Shown: positions 26,141-35,021 of the stretch, one piece after another
Numbering within the stretch: the stretch's first letter is position 1
Layout: the number at the start of each line of letters is the position of its first letter
Origin: an archaeon
Lineage (GTDB): Archaea > Nanobdellota > Nanobdellia > Pacearchaeales > GW2011-AR1
NCBI GenBank assembly: GCA_027343665.1
Contig: DAHWKL010000002.1
Span: 109,386 to 173,385, forward strand
Direction: 5' to 3'
DNA: 64,000 bases
The notes under the pieces: generated by a model
Database searches by the model: none
What the model saw: the letters and a program-made list of their open reading frames with translations, nothing else
What the model was told of the DNA's origin: nothing
Translations under genes and position numbers: made by a program

Positions 26141-27541
26141 TCATCCTATTATAACTATAAAAGGTTTTAACTTTGCGACTTTTTTCGAGATTCCCAAAGC
26201 TTCAACAACTTTGACAACACCCTCGATATCTTTGTAAACTTCTGGGGATTCTTCAGCAATGAGCCTCGAACTTCCTGATTTCACTATTATATTCTTTTCA
26301 AGAAGTTTTTTCCTTGTGGATTCACCTTTAAGAGTCCTGACTGCATTTGACCTTGACATTTTCCTGCCAGCTCCGTGGACAGATGAACCGAAAGTCAGGT
26401 CTTCTGACCTCTTCTCACCTGCAAGAACATAAGATGCTGTTCCCATCGAACCAGGGATTATAACAGGCTGTCCTACAGATTTGTATTTTTTTGGTATTTC
26501 TTTTCTTCCGGGCCCGTAACTTCTCGTAGCGCCTTTCCTGTGCACGCACAGTTTCATCTTCCTGCCGTTCACTGAATATTCCTCGATCTTTGCGATATTG
26601 TGGCACACTTCATAAAGAACTTCTATTTTCGCTTCCGGGAAATGGTTTTTCATTTCTTCCCTTAGAAAATAGAGAAGGATCTGCTTGTTCGCAAAGGCGA
26701 AGTTCGCGGCGGCGGCCATAGCGGCGAGATATTCCCTGCCCAACTTTGAATCGACAGGCGCCGCCGCTAATTCTCTATCAGGAAGATTTTCTATACCATA
26801 CTCATCTTCCATTTTTTTTATATAATCGGATGCGACCTGATGCCCTAAGCCACGTGAGCCGCAATGAATCAGTATGACAACCTGGCTTTTTTTTAACCCA
26901 TAAACTTTCGCAACATCAGGGTCAAATATTTTCTCGACAGACAAAAAATCAAGAAAATGGTTTCCTGCACCTATTGTTCCGAGCTGACCTATCCCTCTTT
27001 TTTTCGCTTTCTGCGAGACTAAAGATGAGTCAGCTCCGGGCATACACCCTTCTTCTTCACAATAGATATAATCGTCAGGAATACCATAACCTTTCTCGAC
27101 CATGTATTTAGCTCCTTTTTTCAAAACTTCGTCAAGTTCTTTGTAAGTTATCTGGAAAGGACTTCCTCGCCCTACGCCTGAAGGAATTTTTTTGTTCATG
27201 GCTTCGGCAAAAACTTCTTCTTTTCCCTTGAAATCTTTAATGGACAGGTTTGTCTTGAGAAGGAGGACTCCGCAATTGATGTCATAACCCACCCCCCCAG
27301 GAGAAATAACACCTTTTTTTATATCAAAAGCTGCAACACCGCCTATGGGAAAACCATACCCCCTATGGCAATCTGGAAGTGCAATGGACTCGCCGATTAT
27401 TCCGGGAAGCTTTGCGACATTTTTCACCTGTTCAATTGTCTTGTCTTTTTTTATCTCTTCATAATCTTCTTCTGAAGAATAGACAATTCCCGGAACATTC
27501 ATCCCAGCTTCTTTAACGATATCATGACGGTAATTTTCCAT
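26141..27541 (-). CDS. rtcB: RNA-splicing ligase RtcB
   Basis: 466 aa. GGVGYDINCG, GAGNHF, HCGSRGLGHQ and HGAGR metal/GMP-His motifs. Confidence 0.95.
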   Translation of the reverse strand: MENYRHDIVKEAGMNVPGIVYSSEEDYEEIKKDKTIEQVKNVAKLPGIIGESIALPDCHRGYGFPIGGVAAFDIKKGVISPGGVGYDINCGVLLLKTNLSIKDFKGKEEVFAEAMNKKIPSGVGRGSPFQITYKELDEVLKKGAKYMVEKGYGIPDDYIYCEEEGCMPGADSSLVSQKAKKRGIGQLGTIGAGNHFLDFLSVEKIFDPDVAKVYGLKKSQVVILIHCGSRGLGHQVASDYIKKMEDEYGIENLPDRELAAAPVDSKLGREYLAAMAAAANFAFANKQILLYFLREEMKNHFPEAKIEVLYEVCHNIAKIEEYSVNGRKMKLCVHRKGATRSYGPGRKEIPKKYKSVGQPVIIPGSMGTASYVLAGEKRSEDLTFGSSVHGAGRKMSRSNAVRTLKGESTRKKLLEKNIIVKSGSSRLIAEESPEVYKDIEGVVKVVEALGISKKVAKLKPFIVIIG

Positions 27542-27562
27542 GCATTAATCCGGTAAAAGATG

Positions 27563-27570
27563 TTTAAATA
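27563..27570 (-). promoter_or_regulatory. TATA box for rtcB (leaderless)
   Basis: Minus-strand TATTTAAA centred 25.5 nt upstream of the ATG at 27541. Confidence 0.5.
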
Positions 27571-27594
27571 AGTTGGTTCTAATCCCCCAGAATG

Positions 27595-28281
27595 TCAAAA
27601 TTTTTTGGAAAGCATTTTTATTCTTTCTATCTCCATTACTCTTGCAAAATCCATTGCCCCCCGGATTTCATTTCCAAATTCATAGATGCCTTTTTTTGTC
27701 AGAATCACAAGATCAAGTCCGTTTGTGTGGATATCTTTAGAAGCTCTTTCAAGAGCAGAGGCAACAAGGTTAATCCCATCTTCAATAGAAGTCAATTGAG
27801 ATATTAAACTGCTTTTGCTCTCTAAGTAATCTATGGCATATTGACTGCCTGATCCGTCAGCATCATAAGGTTTCTCCTCAACCTTGCCAAGTTGCCAGCA
27901 CAGGTAAAGTTTTGGCTCCCCAAAGCGTGTAGCAAGAAAAGATCTGTTATAATTACTATCTGGCTCCTTATCCTCCCACCTCGCCATATTCAATCCGACA
28001 AGCTCGGGAAAGAATCTATCTCTTATTATTTTTTTCAGATTGAATCTTCCTTCTATGAATCTGCCCATAAACTCTGCATAAGAATTATCTTCAATGCCCG
28101 TCAAGCCCAAAACAGCAGTCCGGTCATTATTGATATAAATTTTCTGGTGATCAGATTTTGTTTCTTCCCTATAGGTTACCTCTCCGTCATCTTTTGAATT
28201 TATGGTAGTCATATTCCTGTCAGATCCGAGTATCACAGAACTTTTTCCTTTTTTGGTGACTAGACCGACCAAAGTTGTCAT
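27595..28281 (-). CDS. divergent proteasome beta-type Ntn-hydrolase homologue (no propeptide)
   Basis: 228 aa. M-TTLVGL..SVILGSDR.. matches TTTVG..V(I/V)LA(A/S)D. HQKIYI fits the K33 region after an insertion, and DGSGSQYA matches the GSGS.YA loop. Thr would be exposed directly after Met removal. Confidence 0.55.
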   Translation of the reverse strand: MTTLVGLVTKKGKSSVILGSDRNMTTINSKDDGEVTYREETKSDHQKIYINNDRTAVLGLTGIEDNSYAEFMGRFIEGRFNLKKIIRDRFFPELVGLNMARWEDKEPDSNYNRSFLATRFGEPKLYLCWQLGKVEEKPYDADGSGSQYAIDYLESKSSLISQLTSIEDGINLVASALERASKDIHTNGLDLVILTKKGIYEFGNEIRGAMDFARVMEIERIKMLSKKF

Positions 28282-28302
28282 AAAGATTTATTTGATAGAC
28301 AT

Positions 28303-28310
28303 TTTTTAAA
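28303..28310 (-). promoter_or_regulatory. TATA box for the proteasome-beta homologue (leaderless)
   Basis: Minus-strand TTTAAAAA centred 25.5 nt upstream of the ATG at 28281. Confidence 0.5.
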
Positions 28311-28341
28311 GATTTATATTCAAAAATGACCAAGATTTAGA

Positions 28342-28752
28342 CTAGACATCGAGAACGACCTGAGCAACCCATCTGCCTTTTTCTCTTCTGATAATCATAT
28401 CACTGTATGTGACTGATTTTATATGGGAATAAATTTTGTATTTTTCTCCTGAATCGCCGTAAAGTTCTCCGGTGAGTTTTAATTTTTTCCTGTCAATTTT
28501 CAGGTTCAAAATCTTAGAAGGGAAAAAATTTTTTGAATCTATAAAAAAAAGTATTTCTTCAAGAAAATTGTAAAAGAGACTTTCGTAATCTTTCCCTGAA
28601 GAACTCACTTCAATCTTTTTTTCCGGAGAGATTCTTTCCTCTGAGACTGAACTTGCAAGTGCAAGAAGCGAATTGGAAAAAACTTCTTCGAGCGTCTTTC
28701 CATAAGCCTTGAATTTTAAATCCGCTGTATGTGACAAAAATTTGAACTTCAT
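28342..28752 (-). CDS. archease (RtcB activator)
   Basis: 136 aa. The N-terminal F(L)SHTADLKFKAYG signature and family-typical length. Confidence 0.88.
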   Translation of the reverse strand: MKFKFLSHTADLKFKAYGKTLEEVFSNSLLALASSVSEERISPEKKIEVSSSGKDYESLFYNFLEEILFFIDSKNFFPSKILNLKIDRKKLKLTGELYGDSGEKYKIYSHIKSVTYSDMIIRREKGRWVAQVVLDV

Positions 28753-28773
28753 GCATCAAAGTAGTCACAATTC

Positions 28774-28781
28774 TTTAAAAA
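28774..28781 (-). promoter_or_regulatory. TATA box for archease (leaderless)
   Basis: Minus-strand TTTTTAAA centred 25.5 nt upstream of the ATG at 28752. Confidence 0.5.
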
Positions 28782-28803
28782 TTGAACGATAAAACAGAAA
28801 AAA

Positions 28804-29223
28804 TCAATGACAGGATAGTTTGACCTTTCGTGGAGAATAATAAGTCGAGTTTGAAAAGACCAGTATCTCTGAAGAATAAACGTCCCCGGCAATATTACTG
28901 TAAATTGGACAATTGTCCTCAAAAGAGCATATGCCCATTTCGCATGAATATCCCAAAAATGAATTATTATCTAGATAATATGAGATGTCAGGAGGAAAAC
29001 TCGTATTATCTGAATATGAAGGCAGCTTAGCTGAAAGCACAGAATTTCGCAAGGTGCTGTTTGTTTCCACGGCGTTCAAAATATTTGTTATACTGTTTTC
29101 GACCCCGACACTGTTTACTTCAGATGCATTGTGATTCCCGATTATAATCATCAAAAACCCCAAGAGGAAGATAAGTGACATGAAAGCTTCTATTATTTTT
29201 ATCCATCCTTTTTTATTCACCAT
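28804..29223 (-). CDS. type IV pilin-like protein (class III signal peptide)
   Basis: 139 aa. MVNKKG/WIKIIEAFMSLIFLLGFLMII: a short basic leader ending in KKG, then a hydrophobic helix. Confidence 0.6.
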   Translation of the reverse strand: MVNKKGWIKIIEAFMSLIFLLGFLMIIIGNHNASEVNSVGVENSITNILNAVETNSTLRNSVLSAKLPSYSDNTSFPPDISYYLDNNSFLGYSCEMGICSFEDNCPIYSNIAGDVYSSEILVFSNSTYYSPRKVKLSCH

Positions 29224-29900
29224 ATCTTCACCCCGAATGTCCCTGTTTCATAAGACCCGTTAAATGAGAGATAGTTTAGTTCAATTGATCCTGCATAGAC
29301 ATTTGTCTCCGGAGTTGGGACACCACCACCTATGATGGTCCCGTTTTTATATTTAAATTCTATATCCATGTCCATGCCGGATGGGACCCCCAGAGCATTT
29401 TTCGTCACATCATAATTCTGGGAAAAGTTTGAAATGAGAGAGATTATATTTTCCTGAAGAACCATTTCCTCTTTCACTTCACTGTCGGGAGAGATAAAGA
29501 TACACCCTGAGCCTGAGAAAGGTTTGCTGTTAACTATTTTGTTTGAATAAAATATTTTTATAAATCCTGTCCCATTAAATGAGACATTCTTGCCGTTCAC
29601 TTGCGAATAAACCGGACCAGAATTACCAATCCCTTCTGATTGACCTCCTGCAATTAATTCGGGGAGGGTGGATTCAAAACACGTCGGACTGCTCGTATTA
29701 TAAAATCTGAGTACCCAAACTTCAGAGGAGACAGAGCTGATTATATTTCCTTCAACAGTTCCAAGGGAATTTTTAGCATTATTTGGATTAATGATTAATG
29801 AAGTCACTAGAAAATATATGAACATGAGCGCGGTTATGAAGAGGGTAAAAGATATTATCATATCCATCTGTGATCCTTTTTTGTTAGATTGGGTTTTCAT
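29217..29900 (-). CDS. type IV pilin-like protein (class III signal peptide)
   Basis: 227 aa. ..SNKKG/SQMDMIISFTLFITALMFIYFLV. Its start overlaps the upstream platform gene by 4 nt. Confidence 0.55.
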   Translation of the reverse strand: MKTQSNKKGSQMDMIISFTLFITALMFIYFLVTSLIINPNNAKNSLGTVEGNIISSVSSEVWVLRFYNTSSPTCFESTLPELIAGGQSEGIGNSGPVYSQVNGKNVSFNGTGFIKIFYSNKIVNSKPFSGSGCIFISPDSEVKEEMVLQENIISLISNFSQNYDVTKNALGVPSGMDMDIEFKYKNGTIIGGGVPTPETNVYAGSIELNYLSFNGSYETGTFGVKIW

Positions 29901-30742
29901 TTTCCGAAGAGAAGATTGGCCAAAGTTGAGACGATAAAGGATATAATCATAAGTGAGAAAGAGTGTTTAACTCCTGCTTTGAAATTACCTTCAGAAAGCT
30001 TTCCGATGGTAATGCCGGTAAAAAAACCCTGAACAAGTATAAGGTAAAGGAATGCGTCTGAGATTTCGGCCTGACTAGTTGACGGATTAACTGGTGTTAT
30101 TCCGGTACCTATTCCAAGAGTTCCCCCAACATTCCCAATTCCGGACACCATGGGAATTATCTGAAATTGAAGGACAAGAATTATGACGATAAAAACAAGG
30201 AATATTATGTATCCTTGGCTCACAAGCGAGGATATTGTTGATTTTCTTTCTTTCTTCAGTCTATCAGTCATGCTTACGGCATTTGCAACCGCATCAAGTA
30301 TACCCCCTATATCACCTCCGGATCTTTCCGCTTGACCAATAAGAATTAAAGACCTAGAGATTGTACTATTGTTCACATCTTTTGAAAAAACATCAAGCGC
30401 TACATTCAAAGAGATCCCAAGAGAAATTTGATTAGCAAGTTTTTTTATGTGAGGGGTAAGATGTCCATAATTTTTATCGGCCATTATCATTATGCTCTTG
30501 CTTATTGGTGTTCCGGTCTTTACGCTTTCAACAAGATTTCTGGCGAATTCCAGGAACATTGCTTCTTTCTCTTGTGAAACTTTGTTTTCATAAAGTATTC
30601 TTATGACAATAGGCAAAGAGCCGAATATAACCGCCAAACCTGCAATAAGAGGGAATATTTTTGCGGGAAGAAGGAATCTGCCTGCCGCTAGCACAGCAAC
30701 AGCTATTCCAACCCCAATTATATCTTTGTCTTTAAGTTCCAT
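29897..30742 (-). CDS. pilus platform protein, TadC/FlaJ-like (T2SS-F domain), second half
   Basis: 281 aa. N-terminal TM pair, a cytoplasmic helical T2SSF-like domain, and C-terminal TM helices. Confidence 0.7.
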   Translation of the reverse strand: MELKDKDIIGVGIAVAVLAAGRFLLPAKIFPLIAGLAVIFGSLPIVIRILYENKVSQEKEAMFLEFARNLVESVKTGTPISKSIMIMADKNYGHLTPHIKKLANQISLGISLNVALDVFSKDVNNSTISRSLILIGQAERSGGDIGGILDAVANAVSMTDRLKKERKSTISSLVSQGYIIFLVFIVIILVLQFQIIPMVSGIGNVGGTLGIGTGITPVNPSTSQAEISDAFLYLILVQGFFTGITIGKLSEGNFKAGVKHSFSLMIISFIVSTLANLLFGK

Positions 30743-32058
30743 TATTTATTCCCCTTCATTTGTAAAAATGCAAGAAATATAATATTAACAACAGAGACAA
30801 CAAGACTTATCACAAAAGATATTGACAGAAAACTCATTGAAACCCCAAGACCACTTATTTTCATTATTATCAAAAGGAGCATAAGGATCATTGGAGCAGC
30901 AATCAAAGTGCTGATGTAGATATCCATAAAAGTCTCAGCGGATCTTGATGCTTTTTCCTGAGCAATTTTGTAGTTGAACAAAAGCGTTTGGGACCTTTCA
31001 TCAAAAAATTCAGCGAGATCGCCCCCGGAAGTTATCGTCGTGGCAAGGCCTGTCAAAAGCTCTGAAAGCTCTTTGCTAGGGCTGTTTTTTGCGGTGTTCT
31101 TCAGTGCGCTAACAAGATCATAACCATACAAATTTATTTCATTTATCATTTTAATGAACTCTTTTTTCAGGGCTGGATATTCATTTGTCATTATGAGTAT
31201 CTCGAAAATTCTGACTGGATCCATCATTGATCCGGATATTGCAGACATGCTTATCGTCGCGAAAGGAAGTTCGGCGTTTATAGCACCAGATGCACTCTCT
31301 TTCTCAAGAGTTGGATAAACATACATGAAAGCAAAAGTGGCTACTGGGCCAACAATTAATATCCAAAAAGTTTCAAAAAAACGCACGTTTATGGGCTGAG
31401 TAGCTCTGGATATTATCGGAAGAGTCGCGGAGAAATTGAAGAAAAGAAAAAAGAGAAATATGAATCCTGAAATGAATATAGAAAGAAAAGTGGTCATGAG
31501 AATTATAGATACATATCCTACAGGGGTATAATTTAAATTTGCCTTTAAGAGTTCATCTTCCATCTTAGCAAAAGAATTTTTGGATAAGAGTTTCAGTGAA
31601 ACTTTGGAAAAAAATCTTGATGAAACCTTTGTGTAATATGATGAATCTTTCTTCTTTTTTTTCAACTCTTCTTCTTTTTCTTTTTGCTTCTTCTTTTTTA
31701 TTCTCTTGACAGTTTCATTCTCAAGCTCATCAGGGAGTATTTCCTTGAGAGAGAATATTTTTCCTCCTTTTGTCATCAGTTTAGAATCAGAATCAGGTCT
31801 AAGGGAATCTTTATCAAGTTCTTTTTCTATCTGCGTCGGATCCAAAAGTTTCTCAAAAAGGATTCGGTCAAAAAAAACTTTAAACTCGGAGAGGACATCC
31901 TTGAATTTCTTTTCAAGACTTTTCATATGAGAGTCAAATATTCTCTTCTCAGAATCACTTTTTGACATATCACGGAATTTTGAAGTTTTTTCGACTTCAG
32001 CAAAAGCTATTTTGACTTTTTCAATAGATTCAAGAGATTGCCTGTATTCTTCTATCAT
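30742..32058 (-). CDS. pilus platform protein, TadB/FlaJ-like (T2SS-F domain), first half with coiled-coil N-extension
   Basis: 438 aa. About 170 aa of K/E-rich soluble N-terminus, then TM helices, a T2SSF-like cytoplasmic domain and more TM helices. Confidence 0.7.
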   Translation of the reverse strand: MIEEYRQSLESIEKVKIAFAEVEKTSKFRDMSKSDSEKRIFDSHMKSLEKKFKDVLSEFKVFFDRILFEKLLDPTQIEKELDKDSLRPDSDSKLMTKGGKIFSLKEILPDELENETVKRIKKKKQKEKEEELKKKKKDSSYYTKVSSRFFSKVSLKLLSKNSFAKMEDELLKANLNYTPVGYVSIILMTTFLSIFISGFIFLFFLFFNFSATLPIISRATQPINVRFFETFWILIVGPVATFAFMYVYPTLEKESASGAINAELPFATISMSAISGSMMDPVRIFEILIMTNEYPALKKEFIKMINEINLYGYDLVSALKNTAKNSPSKELSELLTGLATTITSGGDLAEFFDERSQTLLFNYKIAQEKASRSAETFMDIYISTLIAAPMILMLLLIIMKISGLGVSMSFLSISFVISLVVSVVNIIFLAFLQMKGNK

Positions 32059-32243
32059 TTCTTTGCTTTACCCACATTACTGTTTAATATGTCTTCAATT
32101 TTTTTCACAGAATCGAGAATGCTTCTCTTACTCTGATTAAATCCTTCTTCGTCACCAGATTTCATAACACCTTTCATCTTTTTCAGATTATCATCGATAG
32201 ATGCAATCAGGCCTTTCACAGAAATTACTTCTTCATTTTCCAT
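32055..32243 (-). CDS. small coiled-coil protein in the pilus operon
   Basis: 62 aa, charged and helical. Overlaps the next gene by 4 nt and starts 5 nt after the ATPase stop. Confidence 0.45.
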   Translation of the reverse strand: MENEEVISVKGLIASIDDNLKKMKGVMKSGDEEGFNQSKRSILDSVKKIEDILNSNVGKAKK

Positions 32244-32248
32244 TTTGT

Positions 32249-33802
32249 TTAGTTCACCCCGAATTTTGCAAGAACTTCCTGGGGCTTTTTGTAATACTCA
32301 TTTATTACATCCTGGACTTCCCTAAAACCAAAAACTTTCTTCTGATAAAGCCTATAAAGAAGCTCTGCCCTTCTCCTGAATTCGACTGAAAGAGCCTCTG
32401 GTGTTATGCCATACCTGTGGTATATCTTCTGGAAAAGACGGCTTTCTTTTTTAAAATAAAATTTATCGTCGGCAGAGTCCCATACGAAGGGGGTATTTGT
32501 GAGAGCTACATCATTTTCTCCTATATTTACCACTTCAACAATTTCACGAAGTTTTCTTGTCTCCTGATTTTTTACTATTGCATGGGTCATGACACACATG
32601 CTATCAAGAACATTCAATAAAGTTGGGGAAAGCTCAATGGGAGGCGTTTCAAGTCTCTTGATAACAGTTTCTATGGAATCAGCGTGAATTGTTGAGATAG
32701 AAGAGTGTCCCGAAGCCATACCCTGAAACAGAACAGAAGCCTCTTTACCTCTCACTTCACCTACAATAACATAATCCGGATTCTGCCTGAATGAAGCTCT
32801 TAAAAGTTCAAACATGTCAATTTCCCCCAGGCCCTTTGTCCCCGTAGCTGAACGAGCGACACTTGGAAGCCAGTTATCTCTCGGAAGGTTAAGTTCACGT
32901 GTATCTTCAATCGAAACAACCCTTGCTTCAGGAGGGATAAAAAAAGCTATTGCATTTAGGAGTGTTGTCTTGCCCGATGCCGTTCCTCCGACAATCAAAA
33001 GGTTCATTTTGTATTGGACTAAAAGCCACATGTAAGCGAGCATCTCCGGACTAAGAGTGTTGAAAGAGATAAGCTGAGGAGGGGTCCAAGGAGTCTTTGT
33101 GAATTTACGTATTGTAAAAGTCGGGCCTTTCGAAGTTACATCTTTTGTATAAGTGGCATTCACCCTTGACCCATCTGGCAAACTCCCATCGAGGATTGGC
33201 TCTGCGTAAGATATGTATTTACCACATCTTTGCGCAAGTTTTTCGACAAAACTTTCAAGAGATTCATTGTCTTTGAATATGAGATTAGTTTTCAGATTTC
33301 TGAAAATTCTATGGACAAGATAAACAGGAGTATTTGCACCATTACATTCTATATCTTCAACAAAATAATCACGGAGGAGAGGCTCGACTTCATTAAACCC
33401 CATAAAGTCTCTCACAAGATAATAATATATTTTTTTGTAGCTTTCGTAGGTAAGTTCTATACCCATCTCTATTGCAAGAAGCTTGAATCTCTTGTCTATA
33501 TATTCAAAAAGAGTCTCATTGCTTCCGCCGATAATCTCCTTGAAATTTATCATACTCCTCATAGCTTTCACCACTTTGTCCCTTGCAGTTTCCTCTTCAT
33601 CTGTTAGTATTGGCTCTTCTATTTCATAGATAACCTCATATTCTTTAGGATCCCAGTAGATATGGACATACGCAAAGGGGGAAATCAGACAATACCTTAT
33701 ATCAATTTTTGTTTTATCATCTATCTTTTTTATGGGGGGGATCCTGGGCGTGAAATCAACAGACACCATCGGATAATCAAGTATTCCAATTTTCTTGGGC
33801 AT
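32249..33802 (-). CDS. type IV pilus/archaellum-type secretion ATPase (FlaI/TadA/GspE superfamily)
   Basis: 517 aa. Walker A GGTASGKTTLLNA, Asp box VSIEDTRE, Walker B DYVIVGEVRG and His box SGHSSISTIHA. Confidence 0.9.
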   Translation of the reverse strand: MPKKIGILDYPMVSVDFTPRIPPIKKIDDKTKIDIRYCLISPFAYVHIYWDPKEYEVIYEIEEPILTDEEETARDKVVKAMRSMINFKEIIGGSNETLFEYIDKRFKLLAIEMGIELTYESYKKIYYYLVRDFMGFNEVEPLLRDYFVEDIECNGANTPVYLVHRIFRNLKTNLIFKDNESLESFVEKLAQRCGKYISYAEPILDGSLPDGSRVNATYTKDVTSKGPTFTIRKFTKTPWTPPQLISFNTLSPEMLAYMWLLVQYKMNLLIVGGTASGKTTLLNAIAFFIPPEARVVSIEDTRELNLPRDNWLPSVARSATGTKGLGEIDMFELLRASFRQNPDYVIVGEVRGKEASVLFQGMASGHSSISTIHADSIETVIKRLETPPIELSPTLLNVLDSMCVMTHAIVKNQETRKLREIVEVVNIGENDVALTNTPFVWDSADDKFYFKKESRLFQKIYHRYGITPEALSVEFRRRAELLYRLYQKKVFGFREVQDVINEYYKKPQEVLAKFGVN

Positions 33803-34317
33803 TATTCGAGCGAAAAGTCAATGTTTTGACTTGCACCTCCATTATTTGAAACGATTAAATTATAAGATGACGAAGAACCTGTTATAACCCCTGAAGTTTT
33901 CTTGCCATTATAAGTAAGATTGAAATTCGGATAATCCCTCTCTATATAAACTGTGTATTCCGAACCGGATTGTGTCGTTATAATCTTGAAATTTCCATCC
34001 ATATAGACTTTCCCCAGCTCACTGTACATATAAGTTCCCTTAAAAAGGAAATCAATTGAATCGGAACTTGAATTTATTGTAAGTGTCCCTTGGGACAAAG
34101 TTAGATCAAGAACCCTTTTGTTTCCCACACCGCTTTGATAGACCTCATTAACTATCGAATCAATCTGCTGAAGAACATTCAAAGACTGATCTATTGTTGC
34201 TTTATCCTGGAGCTCATCTATTTTCGGTTTGACGAAAGCCAAAACAAGACCTATCAATATAAAAGCGATAAGCGTGTAAGTCACAGTTTCCACCCACACT
34301 TGCCCTTTTTTTTTCAT
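33802..34317 (-). CDS. type IV pilin-like protein (class III signal peptide), first gene of the locus
   Basis: 171 aa. MKKKG/QVWVETVTYTLIAFILIGLVLAFV, with Glu at +5 after the predicted cleavage site as in bacterial T4 pilins. Confidence 0.65.
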   Translation of the reverse strand: MKKKGQVWVETVTYTLIAFILIGLVLAFVKPKIDELQDKATIDQSLNVLQQIDSIVNEVYQSGVGNKRVLDLTLSQGTLTINSSSDSIDFLFKGTYMYSELGKVYMDGNFKIITTQSGSEYTVYIERDYPNFNLTYNGKKTSGVITGSSSSYNLIVSNNGGASQNIDFSLE

Positions 34318-34440
34318 ACTTTTTGTATCCCTCTTTAGTTATGATAAATAATAAATTTAAATTTAAATAGTTAATGTTTAAGAAAGTCGAAAGGGATGAG
34401 AATCCATAATGAATAAAAAGCCAAAAATACAAAAAGACAT

Positions 34441-34983
34441 ATGAGAAGAATACTTATAATTGGTCCTCCGGGCTCCGGAAAAGGGACACAGGCAAAACTC
34501 TTGGGAAATTATGGCATAAAACAGATAAGCACGGGAGATTTGATAAGAGCATCGAAAGACCCGAAAATTGTAAAGTATCGAAATGAAGACTATAATGAAG
34601 GGAAACTTCTTCCTGACGACCTAATATTCGGATTAATAAAAGATGAGATATCAAAACTACCAAAGAATTCTCCGGGTTATATTCTTGATGGGGCTGTAAG
34701 GACTGTTTCTCAAGCAGAATATGCTCATAAAAATGGTCTTGTGAAAACTGTCCTTTACCTTAACTTAAATGAGAAAAATGCGACAAGAAGGATACTATCA
34801 AGAGGCGAAGGAAGATCTGATGATAACACCGAATCTGTAAAGAAGAGATTCGCTGAATACAAGGCAAAAACTGAACCGGAATTACCTTACCTGAAAAAAA
34901 ATTTTGATTTTTACGAAGTCAATGCTTCAAAAACTATAGAAGAAGTAAATAAGGAAGTTTTGAAGATTCTGAAACTTAAGTGA
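34441..34983 (+). CDS. adk: adenylate kinase (short-lid type)
   Basis: 180 aa. P-loop IIGPPGSGKGTQA, STGDLIR and a short LID (RGEGRSDDN). Confidence 0.9.
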   Translation: MRRILIIGPPGSGKGTQAKLLGNYGIKQISTGDLIRASKDPKIVKYRNEDYNEGKLLPDDLIFGLIKDEISKLPKNSPGYILDGAVRTVSQAEYAHKNGLVKTVLYLNLNEKNATRRILSRGEGRSDDNTESVKKRFAEYKAKTEPELPYLKKNFDFYEVNASKTIEEVNKEVLKILKLK

Positions 34984-35021
34984 GAATTAAATTTATTAAC
35001 TGCTTCACCCTTCTAGGACTT

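Noticed and set aside
34214-34432. 72-aa minus-strand ORF upstream of and overlapping the first pilin gene.
   Set aside because: It lies in another frame over the pilin N-terminus and the promoter spacer. Its peptide is AT-rich and low-complexity.
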